Of a stretch of DNA of 64,000 nt, positions 13,100-26,816 are shown one piece after another. The stretch covers positions 1,240,001 to 1,304,000 of the forward strand of contig NC_043006.1 of NCBI RefSeq assembly GCF_006345805.1. The letters run 5' to 3'. The notes beneath the pieces were generated by a model, which saw only the letters and a list, made by a program, of their open reading frames with translations, did no database searches and was not told the DNA's origin. This DNA is from Octopus sinensis (lineage: Eukaryota). A program made the position numbers and the translations under genes. How positions within the stretch are numbered: position 1 is the first letter of the stretch; each line of letters begins with the position of its first letter.

Positions 13100-14695
13100 G
13101 GCACTGTCATGGTATTAGCTGTCAGAAGTGAAAGTAGAAAAATCTGACGTCAACTTCGTGTATTTACGTCAGGTTTATACCTTCGTTAATTTACGCCGTT
13201 TATTTACGTACCACTACGCTGTCAGGTTTATAAAACAATTGAAGTTCAGTTTAAAGTTTATAGATAAATACATTTCATTCCATGTTCTGTTTAAACTTTG
13301 TAAATAAATATATTCTTGCATTATTCCTTATTGTTTTTAGAAAAGAAATCACACCAAATCTGCACAAATGACCACCACCGCGATCACATACACCAATCAG
13401 CATGACCAATGACCACTAATGACCACTACTACCACCACCGAAAGTGTAAAAGGAATTAATCACCGCGATATTGCCATCGCCACCGCTACAACAGCAGATA
13501 GTATTAATTGGCTTAAGATGCATGGACTTTTAAATACCCAGAAAATATGTACATCATGTGGAGCTAGCATGAGGGAAGTAGCTAAAAAAATTTGTCGGAT
13601 GGAGTGATATGGTCATGTGGAAGGCCTTGTAGAAAAATGGTTTCAATTAGAAAAGGAAACATTTCTAGAAAATAGTAAATTGAAGTGTGAACAAATTATT
13701 GATATATTATATTATTGGGCAAAAGAAGATTTAGCAAAGGGAATAGCACAGGAATGTCGTATAGCGAATGTAGCCGTAACAGATTGGAGAAATTTTTGCC
13801 GTGATATATGTGCAGAATATTATGTTGCACAAAACATTAAGCTCGGAGGGCCAACCCGAATTGTAGAGATAGATGAAAGCGCGTTTGTTAGAAGAAAATA
13901 TAATGTTGGCCATCGGGTTAAAACGCAGTGGGTTTTTGGCGCTTTGGAAAGGGATACTAGAAGATGTTTTTTAGTGGCAGTGGAAGATCGGACAGCGGAC
14001 ACCCTTTTGCAAATTATAGAAGACCGTATATTGCCTGGTACAACCATAATTTCCGACCTCTGGCGTTCGTATAATACGCTCAATCAGCTGGGATATAGGC
14101 ATTTGACCGTGAATCATTCAATAAATTTTGGTGATGCGGTAACATTTGCCACAACCAACCACATAGAATGTTTATGGAAGCATGTGAAGAATCGCAACAA
14201 AAGAGAAAATGGAACAGCCCGAAATTTACTTCAATCCCATCTCATCGAATTCATGTGGCATTATGAATTTAAGGGCGAAATATTCGGAAAGTTATTGGAG
14301 CAAATTCGACATCTATATCCATGTGTTTGAGACCTTATCCATGTGTTTGAGACCTTAGAGAGTATAAGTATCTACAGAGCATAAGTATCACATTTATTTT
14401 TAAACTTAACTTCAAACTTCATTTGTTTTATATTTTGATAAATTCTCTCTGTTGAAAATTATATTTTATATTCTAAATAATTTGCAATTTCAAAAAATAT
14501 ATTAATTTTGCGTTTTTTAATTTGATAAATTCTATGGAATGATTTTGCGTTTTTTAATTTGATAAATTAATTCAATTTGATAAATTCTACGGAATAATTT
14601 TGCGTTTTTTAATTTGATGAAGGTGGACGAGTGACGTCAGATTGACGTCACACTTTTTTTACTTTCCTCCTGACAGCTAATTCCGTGGTAGTGCC
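13100..14695 (+). mobile_element. Merlin (IS1595/ISXO2-like) DNA transposon, full length
   Basis: Imperfect TIRs (ggcactgtcatggtattagctgtcag versus ggcactaccacggaattagctgtcag, 22/26, similarity extending to about 54 bp); 8-bp TSD GGTAGACG at 13092-13099 and 14696-14703; subterminal tandem repeats at 14504-14618. Confidence 0.93.
13419..14330 (+). pseudogene. Merlin/ISXO2-like DDE transposase, frameshifted near 13590-13620
   Basis: N-terminal Zn ribbon (HGLL...CTSCG...WSC), then VEIDESAF..RKYNVG, WVFGALER, TIISDLWRSY, HLTVNHS and TNHIECLW. Confidence 0.9.
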
Positions 14696-15314
14696 GGTAG
14701 ACGGAAACTGAAAGAAGCTCGTCGTATAAATGTGTTTATATATGTATGTGTGTGTGTATATGTTTGTGTGTCTATGTGTTGTACCCCCTACCAACATTGC
14801 TTGACAACCGATGCTGGTGTGTTTACGTCCCCGTCACCTAGCGATTCGGCAAAAGTGACCGATAGAATAAGTACTAGGCTTACAAAGAATAAGTCCTGGG
14901 GTCGATTTGCTCGACTAAAAGGCGGTGCTACAGCATGGCCACAGTCACATGACTGAAACAAGTAAACGAAAAAGAGTAAGTTGGTTGGTCGGTTGGTTAC
15001 AGGCTTTGTATCGTATAGAGAAAAGGGAAGAGAGAGAGAGAGTGAAAGAGACGTTAGAAGTGCAAGATAAGGGTACATGCGAGGTTGGTGATGGTCAATG
15101 AGTAAATAAACGCTATATACGCATGCGCACACTGAGTAAGAATCAGAAACAGAAAAGGGGGTGATGGAAGAGGAAGAAGGATAAAAGGGGAGGGGGAGTA
15201 AATTTGTTGATAGTCATGGGAAAATTTATATCAATGAGAAATGTGTAAAATTTAATTTTACTTTAACGTAATAAATATTTTTCTTTCGAAAATTACTATT
15301 CATTTCATTATTAA

Positions 15315-15730
15315 GCACAAGCAGCGTAGCTGCGTGGTAAGAAGCTTGCTTCCCAGCCTCATGGCTCCGGGTTCAATCCGACAGCGTGGCACCTTGGGCA
15401 AGTGTCTTCTTCCATAGCCTCGAGCCGACAAAAGTCTTGTGAGTGGATTTGGTAGATGGAAACTGAAAGAAGCATGTCGTATATATTTGTTTATGTCTGT
15501 GTATGTGTGTCTTTGTATCTATGTTTGTCCTTCCACCACCGTTTGTAAACCGGTGTTAGCGTGTTTACGTTCCCGTAACTTAGCAGTTCGGCAGAAGCGT
15601 ACGATAGAATAAGTACCAGGCTTTAAAAATGTACTGGGGTGGAGTCATTCGAATAAAAATTCTTCAAGGCGATGCCCCAGCAAGGCCGCAGTCTAATGAC
15701 TGAAACAAGTAAAAGATATAAGATAAAAAC
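15315..15730 (+). mobile_element. SINE family B
   Basis: gctgcgtggtaagaagcttgcttccc...cttgggcaagtgtcttct...gatagaataagtacc...gactgaaacaagtaaaag. Confidence 0.9.
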
Positions 15731-15763
15731 ATAAAGCACCAAGAAATTTGATAACAGTAAAAT

Positions 15764-16716
15764 TCTTATTATTAGTTCGTCCGTCTTTGTCGACGATGAC
15801 CAAGGATATTACATGGAAGAAGAGCACGGGGCACGGTGTGTCCGATGCGTACTCGGAGGGCTCTGCTGCAGGTCGGCTTCTGGTTGTCTGCTGGGACTGA
15901 AGGCGAGCAGTTGGTTCTGGACATGCGCAGTTCGCTTTTTCTTTATTTCCCTGCAATCCTGCTCTGCTCGTATGAGGTCGAACTTCTGCTGCTGCAGCTT
16001 CACCAGGCAAAGCAATCTTGCACTTGCGTTTTACAAGTCACTGAAAGCTCTTCAGTTGGGTTTTGTATCTTTGAAGTGCTTTTTTTTTATCTATTTTGCG
16101 CGTGCTTGTCTTCCCTCAGTTCGCAGTAGAACAGTTATTGGTGAATCATGTGTCAGCGATTCGAATAAGGTGGCCTGCCCTCTGCTATCTTCAACAGTAT
16201 GTAATTGCTTGACATATCAATCGGAGAGAGGACCTCTACGTTTGGGACCTCGACTTGCCAAGTCATTTTTCAATAACTTTCCCAGTCAGTTCATGAGGAA
16301 GCGATTTAGCTTTTTGCGTGATGTTCGTAAACCGTCCAAGTTTCGCATGCGTATAGTAGTTCAGAGAGTACACCTATGTACACCCTCAATTTAGTGACTA
16401 TCATAATGCCTCTCCTCTCCTACGCTGATTTACGTAGCCGCTCAAATGTGGAGCTTCCCTTGGCGATGCGGGTTTCGACTTCATCGTCAATGTTCACAGG
16501 TCTGGTATCGTTTTGAGAGTCATAGTTCGTTCCACACACGGATTCTGCAGGTTGGTGCATGCCTTCTGTCTTCTGGGTACTGATTGTGATGCCAAAGTAG
16601 TTGCAGGCAGTGAAAAAACAGTTCATGCTATGTGGCGGTGTCACGCACTGAGTTCTCTTCCACCTTGATCTTGATTTGTAGCCTCTGCAGGTTGAGGAAT
16701 TCCTGATGTAACCTAT
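15764..16716 (-). mobile_element. RTE-clade (BovB-like) LINE 3' fragment
   Basis: Minus strand reads FLNLQRLQ, CNYFGITISTQKT, IDDEVETRIAKGSSTFERL, LLYACETWTVY and C-terminal TCSRALRVRIGH; short TAA tail near 15765. Confidence 0.88.
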
Positions 16717-16916
16717 GGTGACAAAAATATATTTCCAAAATTACCCGTTACACGACGGATAATACTCTAGAATATGCTCGTTTGTGTGTGCGTATACATA
16801 CACATATTCATCTATACGCATATAAATACATGTGTATGCATGTGTGTGTGTGTGTCTGTGTGTGTGTGTGACTGTGTGTGTGTGTGTGTGCGTGCGTGTG
16901 TGTGTGTGTGTGTGTG

Positions 16917-17820
16917 TAAATATAAAGGGTAAAAATTATTAGAAATGATAATTTATACCAGTGGCCAGCATGCGTAGAAAAATGTCAGTAGGTATATACA
17001 TTTTTACAATATATATGAGTGTATAAATTCATACACAGAGAGAAGATCACAATGTGGTCTTCTTACAAGCTAAAAAGGACAGTCAAAATCCCAAACAATG
17101 ACAGAAAATTCTTATTTAGAGCACATTGAATGTAAGCGAGCAGGGCAGTTTGAAAGAATTAAAATATCAGTTAATTGTATACTCCGAAGTTTCATCATTA
17201 ACGATTAATTAAATCAATTAACTAACCAATCAATTTATAAATTAATCATCCGTGTATCTTCAGTAGAATCGCTGGGACTTATAATTATAAAACTCGAATA
17301 CGTACCGAAACAGAAAGGAAACACGTGCTTACTGAATTTCCTCGTTACACATCAAGAATTCAAATCAAACGACCTCAATCATCGGGCTGAACCAGAATAA
17401 TACAGCAGTGAATATAATATTTAAATATAAATATAAAGGGTGAGAATTATCAAAAATGATCATTTATACCAGTGTCTAGCATGTAACGATGAAATTCAGT
17501 ATGTGTGTGTTTCCTTCGTATTTCGGTTCGTATTCGAGTTTTATAATTATAAGTCCCAGCGATTCTACTGGAGATCCACGGATGGTTAATTTATCAATTG
17601 ATTGATTAATTAATTGAGTTATTTAATCATTAATTCTGAAACTTTGGAGTATAGAATTAACTGATATTTTAATTCTTTCAAATTGTCCTGCTCGCTTACA
17701 ATCAAAGTGCTCTAAATAAGAATGTTCTTTCGTGCTTTGGGATATTGACTGCCATTTTTAGCATGTAAGAAGACCACATAGTAGTCTTCTCTCCGTGTAT
17801 AAATTTCATACACTCATATA
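16917..17820. repeat. Direct plus inverted repeat structure (A-B-spacer-A'-inverted B'), probably PLE-derived
   Basis: A 16917-16972 is similar to A' 17428-17483; B 17010-17349 is similar to the reverse complement of 17482-17820; embedded between (TG)n and (TA)n. Confidence 0.85.
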
Positions 17821-17821
17821 T

Positions 17822-17879
<58 letters not shown>

Positions 17880-18420
17880 ATATATGCATACATACATACA
17901 TACACATATATGTATGCGTGTGTTATACCACATGAAGAATACTAACCAAGCGTGTTACAGATAGTCACAATTTAGTTCTGAGACAAACCGGAACTTGATC
18001 CATCCAACTCCTTTTTTGACGACATTGTTTTGTTTGTTTCTTTGCTTTTGATACTTCATGTTGCATTTTAAGTAATATAGACGTAACTAAACATTTTTCA
18101 AACATAATGAATGCCTTAATATTTTTCTTAGTCATTCTTCTAAGTTGTCACACTCTTATATTCATTCCCTAAGCGATTATACCTTCTCTCCTCGACCTAA
18201 AACCTAGCAGTAACTATTAGATTATATCTTGTTGACGATGTGCAATATAACTTTTAAAAAGCGTCTAGCGTGGTCAACGTACTGTGAGAGATCACACGCG
18301 ATCCCTGCTGCATTCTAGTTTTAATCCATTTTAATTAACACTTGTCTTCCCGGACTTAACCAGAATTAGTCATTGATATAATGTTTCTTTTCTCTTTATG
18401 GTATAATGTTTCCAGTAATT

Positions 18421-18652
18421 AAGGCGGCGAGCTGGCAGAAACGTTAGCACACCGGACGAAATGCTCAGAGGTATTTCGTCTGCCGCTACGTTCTGAGTTC
18501 AAATTCCGCTAAGGTCGATTTTGCCTTTCATCCTTTCGGGGTCGATTAAATAAGTACCAGTTACGCACTGGTGTCGATATTATCGACTTCATCCGTTTGT
18601 CTGTCCTTGTTTGTCCTCTCTGTGTTTAGCCCCTTGTGGGCAGTAAAGAAAT
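18421..18652 (+). mobile_element. SINE family A (tail type 1), full length
   Basis: ggcggcgagctggcagaaacgttagc...ttctgagttcaaattcc...gcagtaaagaaata. Confidence 0.93.
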
Positions 18653-19339
18653 AGGTATAATTTTGTTATTAATTACAGTTTGTTACGTTTCTACCTTCAG
18701 TACATTGAGTAAACATCGGCTTTAGCATATGTTGCCAATAAGATTGTTTTATTCTAAACTGAATGAAGAATAAACTTACGACAAACAATTAAGTATGTAA
18801 CCTGGTCAATGTTCACCTTCCTACCTTCTTGTCTTAATTGGTTGGTGTTTGTTCGACTCTCCGGCAACATCTATTTACATCGATCATTTGAAACTCTGTG
18901 TGGCAAAATCAAGTTGGAATCAATTTACTTAAACACTACGAGTCTATTTACCATTGAAGACGTCAACGATGGAACATTCGGCAGAAAACCAGCATATACA
19001 TGTAATGAGTGAATTTTTTGTTTATATTCCATACTAAATATTTACTTTAGATAAAGTGTCATATAAAATAATGATACAACACTTAAGATTCAGCCGTAAT
19101 ATTGTTTGTATCGGTCTCAGACAGTAACGTGTTTATTCAATTCAAACTCCTGTGATGAAAACACAACGTCGACCCTTTTATTATCACTTAGGCAGTAAGA
19201 TACAGAGTACTCATGAACCCTTTCAGGGCCTTCCAAACTGATGAGAGGAAAGCTGGAAGGTACCGTTAAACCAAAAATCTGCTAAAAGCAGCCAAGATGC
19301 TGGTGTTAAGCTGGGTGATGGATCAAGTCTACCACCCAA

Positions 19340-19530
19340 GTAAACCTCGGCAAGATTTGAACTCAGACTGAAAACAATCGGAACAGCTACATGTCATTCC
19401 CCACCCCCATCCCACCAAGACTGGGTCTTTATCGATACCAGAGGAATGAAAAAGCAAAGTTGACTTCGGCAGTATTTGAAATCAGAACGCAAGTAACCAG
19501 GAGGCATTTCGCCCAACGCTTTTGCTATTT
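19340..19530 (-). mobile_element. Degenerate SINE family A fragments
   Basis: atttgaactcaga and ttatcgatacc.gaggaatgaaaaagcaaagttgacttcggc motifs. Confidence 0.55.
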
Positions 19531-21021
19531 AATCGCATTAATATTCTGTTTCGATTTTAAACCCCACTTCACTTGCGTTTGATTGTCAGTATAGGTAACA
19601 AGTAGTCCATAAGGGAGTTTGTGCGAAACTTCGATTCGTTCAGTTGCCTGGAAACAACTAGCGTTGAAGGTTGATTGAAATAACATTCTCCCACTTCGAA
19701 ATTAACAATGCTGTGTATTTTTTCAATAGTTGCTGGGTTCTATCCCGAAACCACAATTGTAGTAAGCAAACTGAAATAATTCCAAACAGAACCGGATGTG
19801 CTGGAAACTCAATTTCTTTCTCTTTGGTTCTGGCTTTAGTTGAATGAAAATCCAACCATTATATTGTTTTGGAGTAAACTTCGGCTGGAAATATAAATCC
19901 ACTTATAGAAGACGTATTTCGCAAGATACATTAATGGTGTAAGGTAGAAAAACAAAAGTCTTCAGTATTAGATTCTTTGAGACTACCTGAATTCAGTGTA
20001 AACCGTCAATACTATATTTCAGTTATCATTAGTATTGACGTCAGATAGGTTAATAAGATTATCTGCCAGAACAGGTCGATGTTTTAATGTTTGTTGTGAT
20101 TGTTGACAGCCACAAAGCAAGACGCTTTTACAACTACCATTTGTCCTGGTTCCTCACCACTTGCAATAACTGACTTGGAGTTTCGTCGTTTGGTGCAAGA
20201 GTCCCGTAATCAAAGAATAAAAGAGAGTGTACAGTGTTTTGTAGTAGAAATAAATACGGAAATTATACATGTTTGTTTGTTTGTTTGTTTGTTTGTTTTT
20301 AGCTCCAGATCAAATCTGATTAAGTATGCATATGTTCAAACGCATTCCAACCGTGACCAATCCACTCCTTTTTGTTCAACGATGTGCATAAAGGACCTCA
20401 TTAGCTAATATATTCATTTCTTAAAGACAGTCGAATGACCACATAGAGGCTCCTTATAACATTACTGATGTCGATTTATTTTTCACTTTTACTGCTGAGA
20501 TCTTCCTCATGTTTTTGTTGTTGCTATTGTTGTTGTAGCTTTTTCACTTATGTCGCAAGTGCCGTTGAAATTAATATCTTAAGCTATCGTATACTTCTTA
20601 TGATGACATCGCTACCTTTTATCATTACAATGACACTTCTATAAACATACTACCACCACCACCACCACCACCACTGCTACTGTTACTACTGCTATGCTTG
20701 ATGCGGTCAACTTGTGTTCCTCCATACTCAAGCTATTCATCTTTCTGTCGATATCATCATCACCAATTTGGTGACGCTGGTAGCATTACTATTGTTGTCA
20801 TCAAACTTCATGACTTTTGGTATACCCTGTAAGTTGATGCTGATGCTGCTATTGCTGTTTTTCTTGTAGTTGACATTGTTATATTCTCTAATGTCATGTC
20901 TTACGGAGCAGATCTATGATCGAAATCGCTCCATCTGGATGAAAGGATGAAAAACAAGAGAGAGAGATAGAGAAGTAGAGAAGAGATAGTAAAGATAGAA
21001 GAGCGCGCATCGCAATTGTTA

Positions 21022-21741
21022 AGATAAAACTTACTTGAAAAGGAATGCGTGGAGTTTGATCTCTCTCCCTCTTGTTCTTCATCCTTTCTGGTTTTCTCTC
21101 CCACCCTTCCCTATTCTTCTCCACTCCTCTTCGCCGTTCCCTCTCTCTCACTCTTCCTTCTCGGGTCTCTCGTCGCTGACACGTCACGACAGAGAATCTA
21201 TCTTTCTGACTTCTACCTTCGTAAAAACAACGTGCTTATACTATCTCCTTCATAAGCTCGTCCTTCTAGCGTTCAGAACAATTTTTCCATCGTCTTGGCT
21301 TAACAGCCCTCAATGTTTGTTTTTACTGTTTTCTTCTCACTGTCCTGTTCTTGTTACGAATTTCACCCTCCGCAAAAAATCCCAAATTTTATTTAATTTG
21401 CTTCGCGGGAAGAATTGTTTCAACGAAGTCGCGTCATGTCCATACCTTCGGAACGCGGAGTAAACGAAACAGGGACAACTGAAGAAGGAGAATATTCATT
21501 GTGTTGCATGTCTTGTACTCTGTTTTTTCGTTGTTTGAAAAAAAGTTCGTTTCCTTGATTTTGTTTTTATGTTTTCGTTTCTCATTGAGTTCAACGTTTT
21601 CGATGTCCTGTACCCATATATGCATGTATATATACATATATATGTAGGTATGTACATATATGTATGAATATATGCATATATTTATATATTATTTATATTA
21701 TTATATGATCGAGCGCCACGCATCCCTTTCCAAGTAAGTTA

Positions 21742-21746
<5 letters not shown>
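21022..21746. repeat. 31-bp inverted repeat pair (21022-21052 and 21716-21746)
   Basis: ccacgcattccttttcaagtaagttttatct (reverse complement of left arm) versus ccacgcatccctttccaagtaagttatatct, 28/31 identical. Confidence 0.8.
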
Positions 21747-21819
<73 letters not shown>

Positions 21820-21829
21820 TTATCCCTAG

Positions 21830-22020
21830 TACTTGTTCAAAATATACAATATTTGGGCAGGGAATACTCGATTATATCATTCGTAATACTTGTCTGGTAT
21901 TTTGACTAATCTGAAGAGATTAAGAAAGAATAGTCAACCTGGGTGTGATTTGAACTCCGAATGTAAAGAGACATACTTTAATACTATAGACCCTCTACTG
22001 ATCCTCGGAATCACCGAGGT
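21830..22020 (-). mobile_element. Highly degenerate SINE family A
   Basis: tcgattatatc...ctggtatttt...gtcaacct...gatttgaactccgaatgtaaag. Confidence 0.45.
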
Positions 22021-22680
22021 CATTTGCCCTTAAGAATGATATTGTAACATACCTGATATTCTATTCTTCTTTCTGAATTAAAATGCTAAAACTTAAAATG
22101 TTTCTTATTAGATCTCAGTTTTGTGTGTATAAAGAAATCGAAGATTCTCCATTCGCCAACGAATTCAATTTAACTAACATCTATTTCTAATTATTTAATC
22201 AACTCTGCAGATTTAGTTTGGTATCGGATTGACTGACATTAGTTTGAAACTTCTGTCAAATTAGATTTCAATTTGTAATGAATTGAATTTATTTTTCTGA
22301 TAATCTCAGCTAGAAATTGTTTTCTAGTAACAAACGATGTTAGAACGTTTCGCAGGAATCTTATTTAAATATTTTGTATTAGTTTTCTCATTTGAATGTA
22401 TTTGTTTCATTGAAATTTTTTTTCGTTGAGTTTAAATACGGCATCAACTCTTTTGCTGCTAACCTTCCCTTGAGAGATAAAATTTGATGTGTAGGTAGGA
22501 TTAGTGTTGTTGTTGTTGTAATTTTCTTTGTTCTTTAAATATGGAATGACTCTTTGCGACACAATATGTACGACATGAAAGCTAGTTTCGGTATAAGATT
22601 GTCTGTGCGTGTGAGTGTGTTTAGCTGTGTGTGTGTGTGTCTGAGTGAGTGTGTATACCGATGTATCTGTTTGAATGTGT

Positions 22681-23412
22681 GAAAGAAAGAAAGAAAAAAA
22701 GAAGGAAGGACGGAAAGAAGGAAAGGGAGAAAAGAAAGAAAGAACGAAAGAAAGAAATGAAAGAAGGAAGGAAAGAAAGAAGGAAGGAAAGGAAGAAAAG
22801 AAAGAAAGAAAGAAAGAAAGAAAGAAATGAAAGAAGGAAGGAAAGAAAGAAGGAAGGAAAGAAAGAAGGAAGGAAAGAAGGAAAGGCACGAAAGAAAGAA
22901 AGAAAGAAAGAAAGAAAAAGAAAGAAGGAAAGGAAAGAAAGAAAGAGGGAAAGAAAGAAAAGAAAGAAAGAAGGAATGAAAAGAAAGAAGGAAAGAAAGA
23001 ACGAAAGAAAGAAAGAACGAAGAAAGAAAGAAAGAGGGAAAGAAAGAAGGAAGGAAGGAAGGAAGGAAAGAAAGAAAGAAACAAAAAATAAAGAAAGAAA
23101 GAAAGAGGAAAGAAAGAAGGAAGAAGGAAGAAGGAAGGAAAAAAAAGAAAGAAAGAAAGAAGAAAAGAAAGAGAAGAAAGAAAGAAAGAAAGAAAGAAAG
23201 AAGGAGGAAGGAAGGAAGAAAGAAGAAAGAAAGAAAGAAAGAAAGAAAGAAGGAAGGAAGGAGGAAGGAAGGAAGGTAGGAAGGAAGGAAGGAAGGAAGA
23301 AAAGAAAGAAGAAAGAAAAGAAAGAAAGAAGAAGAAAGAAAGAAAAAGAAAGAAGAAAGAAAGAAAGAAAGAGAAGAAAGAAATAAAGAAAGAAAGAAAG
23401 AAAGAAAAGAGA
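22681..23412. repeat. About 730-bp polypurine (AAAG/AAGG) tract
   Basis: Directly visible; only scattered pyrimidines. Confidence 0.95.
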
Positions 23413-24189
23413 AATATTGCAGCATAAAGAGAATTTGAGAAATCGGACGAGTGTTTGCGTGTGTCTCTCCATCTCGTCGCCCTTCCTCTCTTTCTTCTGT
23501 TCGTAGCCATCGTTAGTTTCCCACCCACGCCATGGGGCCAAAACTTTGTTTTACCACACTATCTCTTCTTGCTTCTCACTGAAAGCTTTACTGCTGCCAC
23601 TCTTTCTCCTTCCTCTCCACGTCTCTCCTGCCTTTCGTTCTCTCCTCCCCTCCCCCTCTCTCTCTCCCATTTTATATTTCTATATTTTATCTTTATACAA
23701 ACTCCACTTTTATCAAATCCTTGTAGCTTCCTTCTCTCTCTCTCTCTTTCTCTTTCCCTTTTTTCTTTCTTTCCCTTTTGTCACAGTTACTTCAACTCTA
23801 TTTCTGTCACTCTTCTTCTTGTCAACATCTCTTTCACTTCCCAACGTCTCTTACTTCTGCTCTCTCTCTCTCTCTCTCTCTCTCCATCTCTCTCTCTCTC
23901 TAGTTGCTGAGTAACAGTTTTAGAAATAAAAATTGATGACTGTGCTGTTTACCGAAACTGACAGACCCAATTTTAATTTGTTTAAGTGGAAAGTCAGATT
24001 TTGTGTTCTTCCATAATTAATGCCACGTTAAAGTGGGATTTTCACGCGCGTACATTTTCATCAGCTAACAAATAACATTTGCCCTAGCAAATCGATTCCA
24101 TATTTGCGAAATTTCTCCAGACCATTATAGGATAGAAAGGAACACTTTATTATTGTTAAACTCCAATTGGTTCATAGTCCTTCTTGTGC

Positions 24190-24678
<489 letters not shown>

Positions 24679-24682
24679 TATA

Positions 24683-24860
24683 TGGCTGTGCGGTAAGAAG
24701 CTTGCTTCCCAATCACATGGTTCCAGGTTCCAGGTTCAGTCCCACTGCGAGGCAGCTTGTCTTCTGCTATAGCCTCGGTCCGACCAAAGACTTGTTAGTG
24801 GATTTGGTTGACGGAAACTGAAAGAAGCTCGTCGTATATATGTTGCTTATTTTGATTATA

Positions 24861-24900
<40 letters not shown>

Positions 24901-25307
24901 GGAGTAAACACATAAATGTGAAACAAGGTGGAAAAAAGAGTACTCAAATACCAGTGGTAGAGTAATATGCTTTATTTTAAGCAGCAGAAAATTCAACAAA
25001 ATCTGTTGAATTTTGTTGAATTTGTTGAATTTTGTTGAATTTTGTTGAACAGATTTTGTTGAATTTTCTGCTGCTTAAAATAAAGTATATATATATATAT
25101 AGACGCATATATTTGTGTGTGTGTTTGTCCCCCGTCCATCGCTTGACAACCGATGTTGGTTTGTTTTCGTCCCCGTAACTTAGCTGTTCACAAGAGAGAC
25201 CTACAGAATAAGTACTAGGCTTACAAAGAATAAGTCCTGGGGTCGATTTGTTCGGTGCTCCTGCATGACATCAGTCAAATGACTGAAACAAGTGAAAGAA
25301 TAAAAGA
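24683..25307 (+). mobile_element. SINE family B with an insertion in its internal microsatellite
   Basis: 5' half 24683-24840, foreign segment about 24899-25085, 3' half about 25100-25307. Confidence 0.88.
24970..25085. repeat. Perfect 38-bp-arm hairpin with a tandem 10-mer loop
   Basis: 24970-25007 is the exact reverse complement of 25048-25085; the loop is about four copies of gaattttgtt. Confidence 0.92.
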
Positions 25308-26070
25308 ATGTATATACACACGTGTATTACGTGTGTTGTGAGCACGCAGCATCGAAAGGAGGGGCCGTGTTCTCCTATAACGAGAACAAAGCGACCAGGT
25401 GGTCACGTTCGAATCTGCCAGATCGTATCAAAGCTGAAACGACACGTTATTATTTCCATGTACAGCTATATAGAAATATTATATGTCAGCGAAAGTAGCT
25501 GCTTATGTAGATTATAGATAGCTACACCGCTGTAATAAAACCTGGAAATTATTAAATATTTCACATATTACGATAGCTTCGGGATATTTCAATATATCAC
25601 AAGATTTGCTCGAAAAGATGTCTTTTATCTTTCAAACTTCTTTTCTCATCAGTAAATGTCTGTCTCAGCTATTAATATTTCCGTTGAATTTATAGTCAAT
25701 TTAATTTTCACATATGAGAAATATCTATTTTTAGAGGTAGTTTCAGGTTTTATCAGTTGACAACAAAAGACTATCGACTTTATTATACTGTATAGATTAC
25801 TTGTTTGAACACGTAGATGGATGGTTGCATAGATGGATTAATAGATATACATTCTAGGATTTCTCAATAGTTTATTATATATAACTTTGATTTACTGAAT
25901 ATTTTCATGGACAGCATGTGGCTGTGTGGTAAGTAGCTTGCTTACCAACCACATGGTTCCGGGTTCTGTCTCACTGTGTAACTCCTTAGGCAAATACCTT
26001 CAACTATAGCCTCGGGCTGACCAAAACCTTGTGAGTGCATTTGGTAGACGGAAACTGAAAGAAGCCCGTC

Positions 26071-26809
<739 letters not shown>

Positions 26810-26816
26810 ATACATA

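Larger units (their letters stand above)
12969..14980 (+). mobile_element. SINE family B split by a Merlin transposon
   Basis: The 5' half (12969-13099) ends in ttggtagacg; the 3' half resumes at 14696 with ggtagacggaaactgaaagaagc. Confidence 0.92.

Noticed and set aside
13617-14330. Bacterial IS1595 insertion or contamination
   Set aside because: It is embedded in a eukaryotic SINE with an exact TSD and has Merlin-type TIRs and an N-terminal Zn ribbon, so it is better explained as a eukaryotic Merlin.
15813-16394. 193-aa plus-strand ORF
   Set aside because: It is the antisense frame of the RTE LINE fragment.
22407-23541. Long ORFs (245-373 aa) on both strands
   Set aside because: They arise from the stop-free AAAG/AAGG tract (poly F/L/S or K/R/E) and have no protein-like content.
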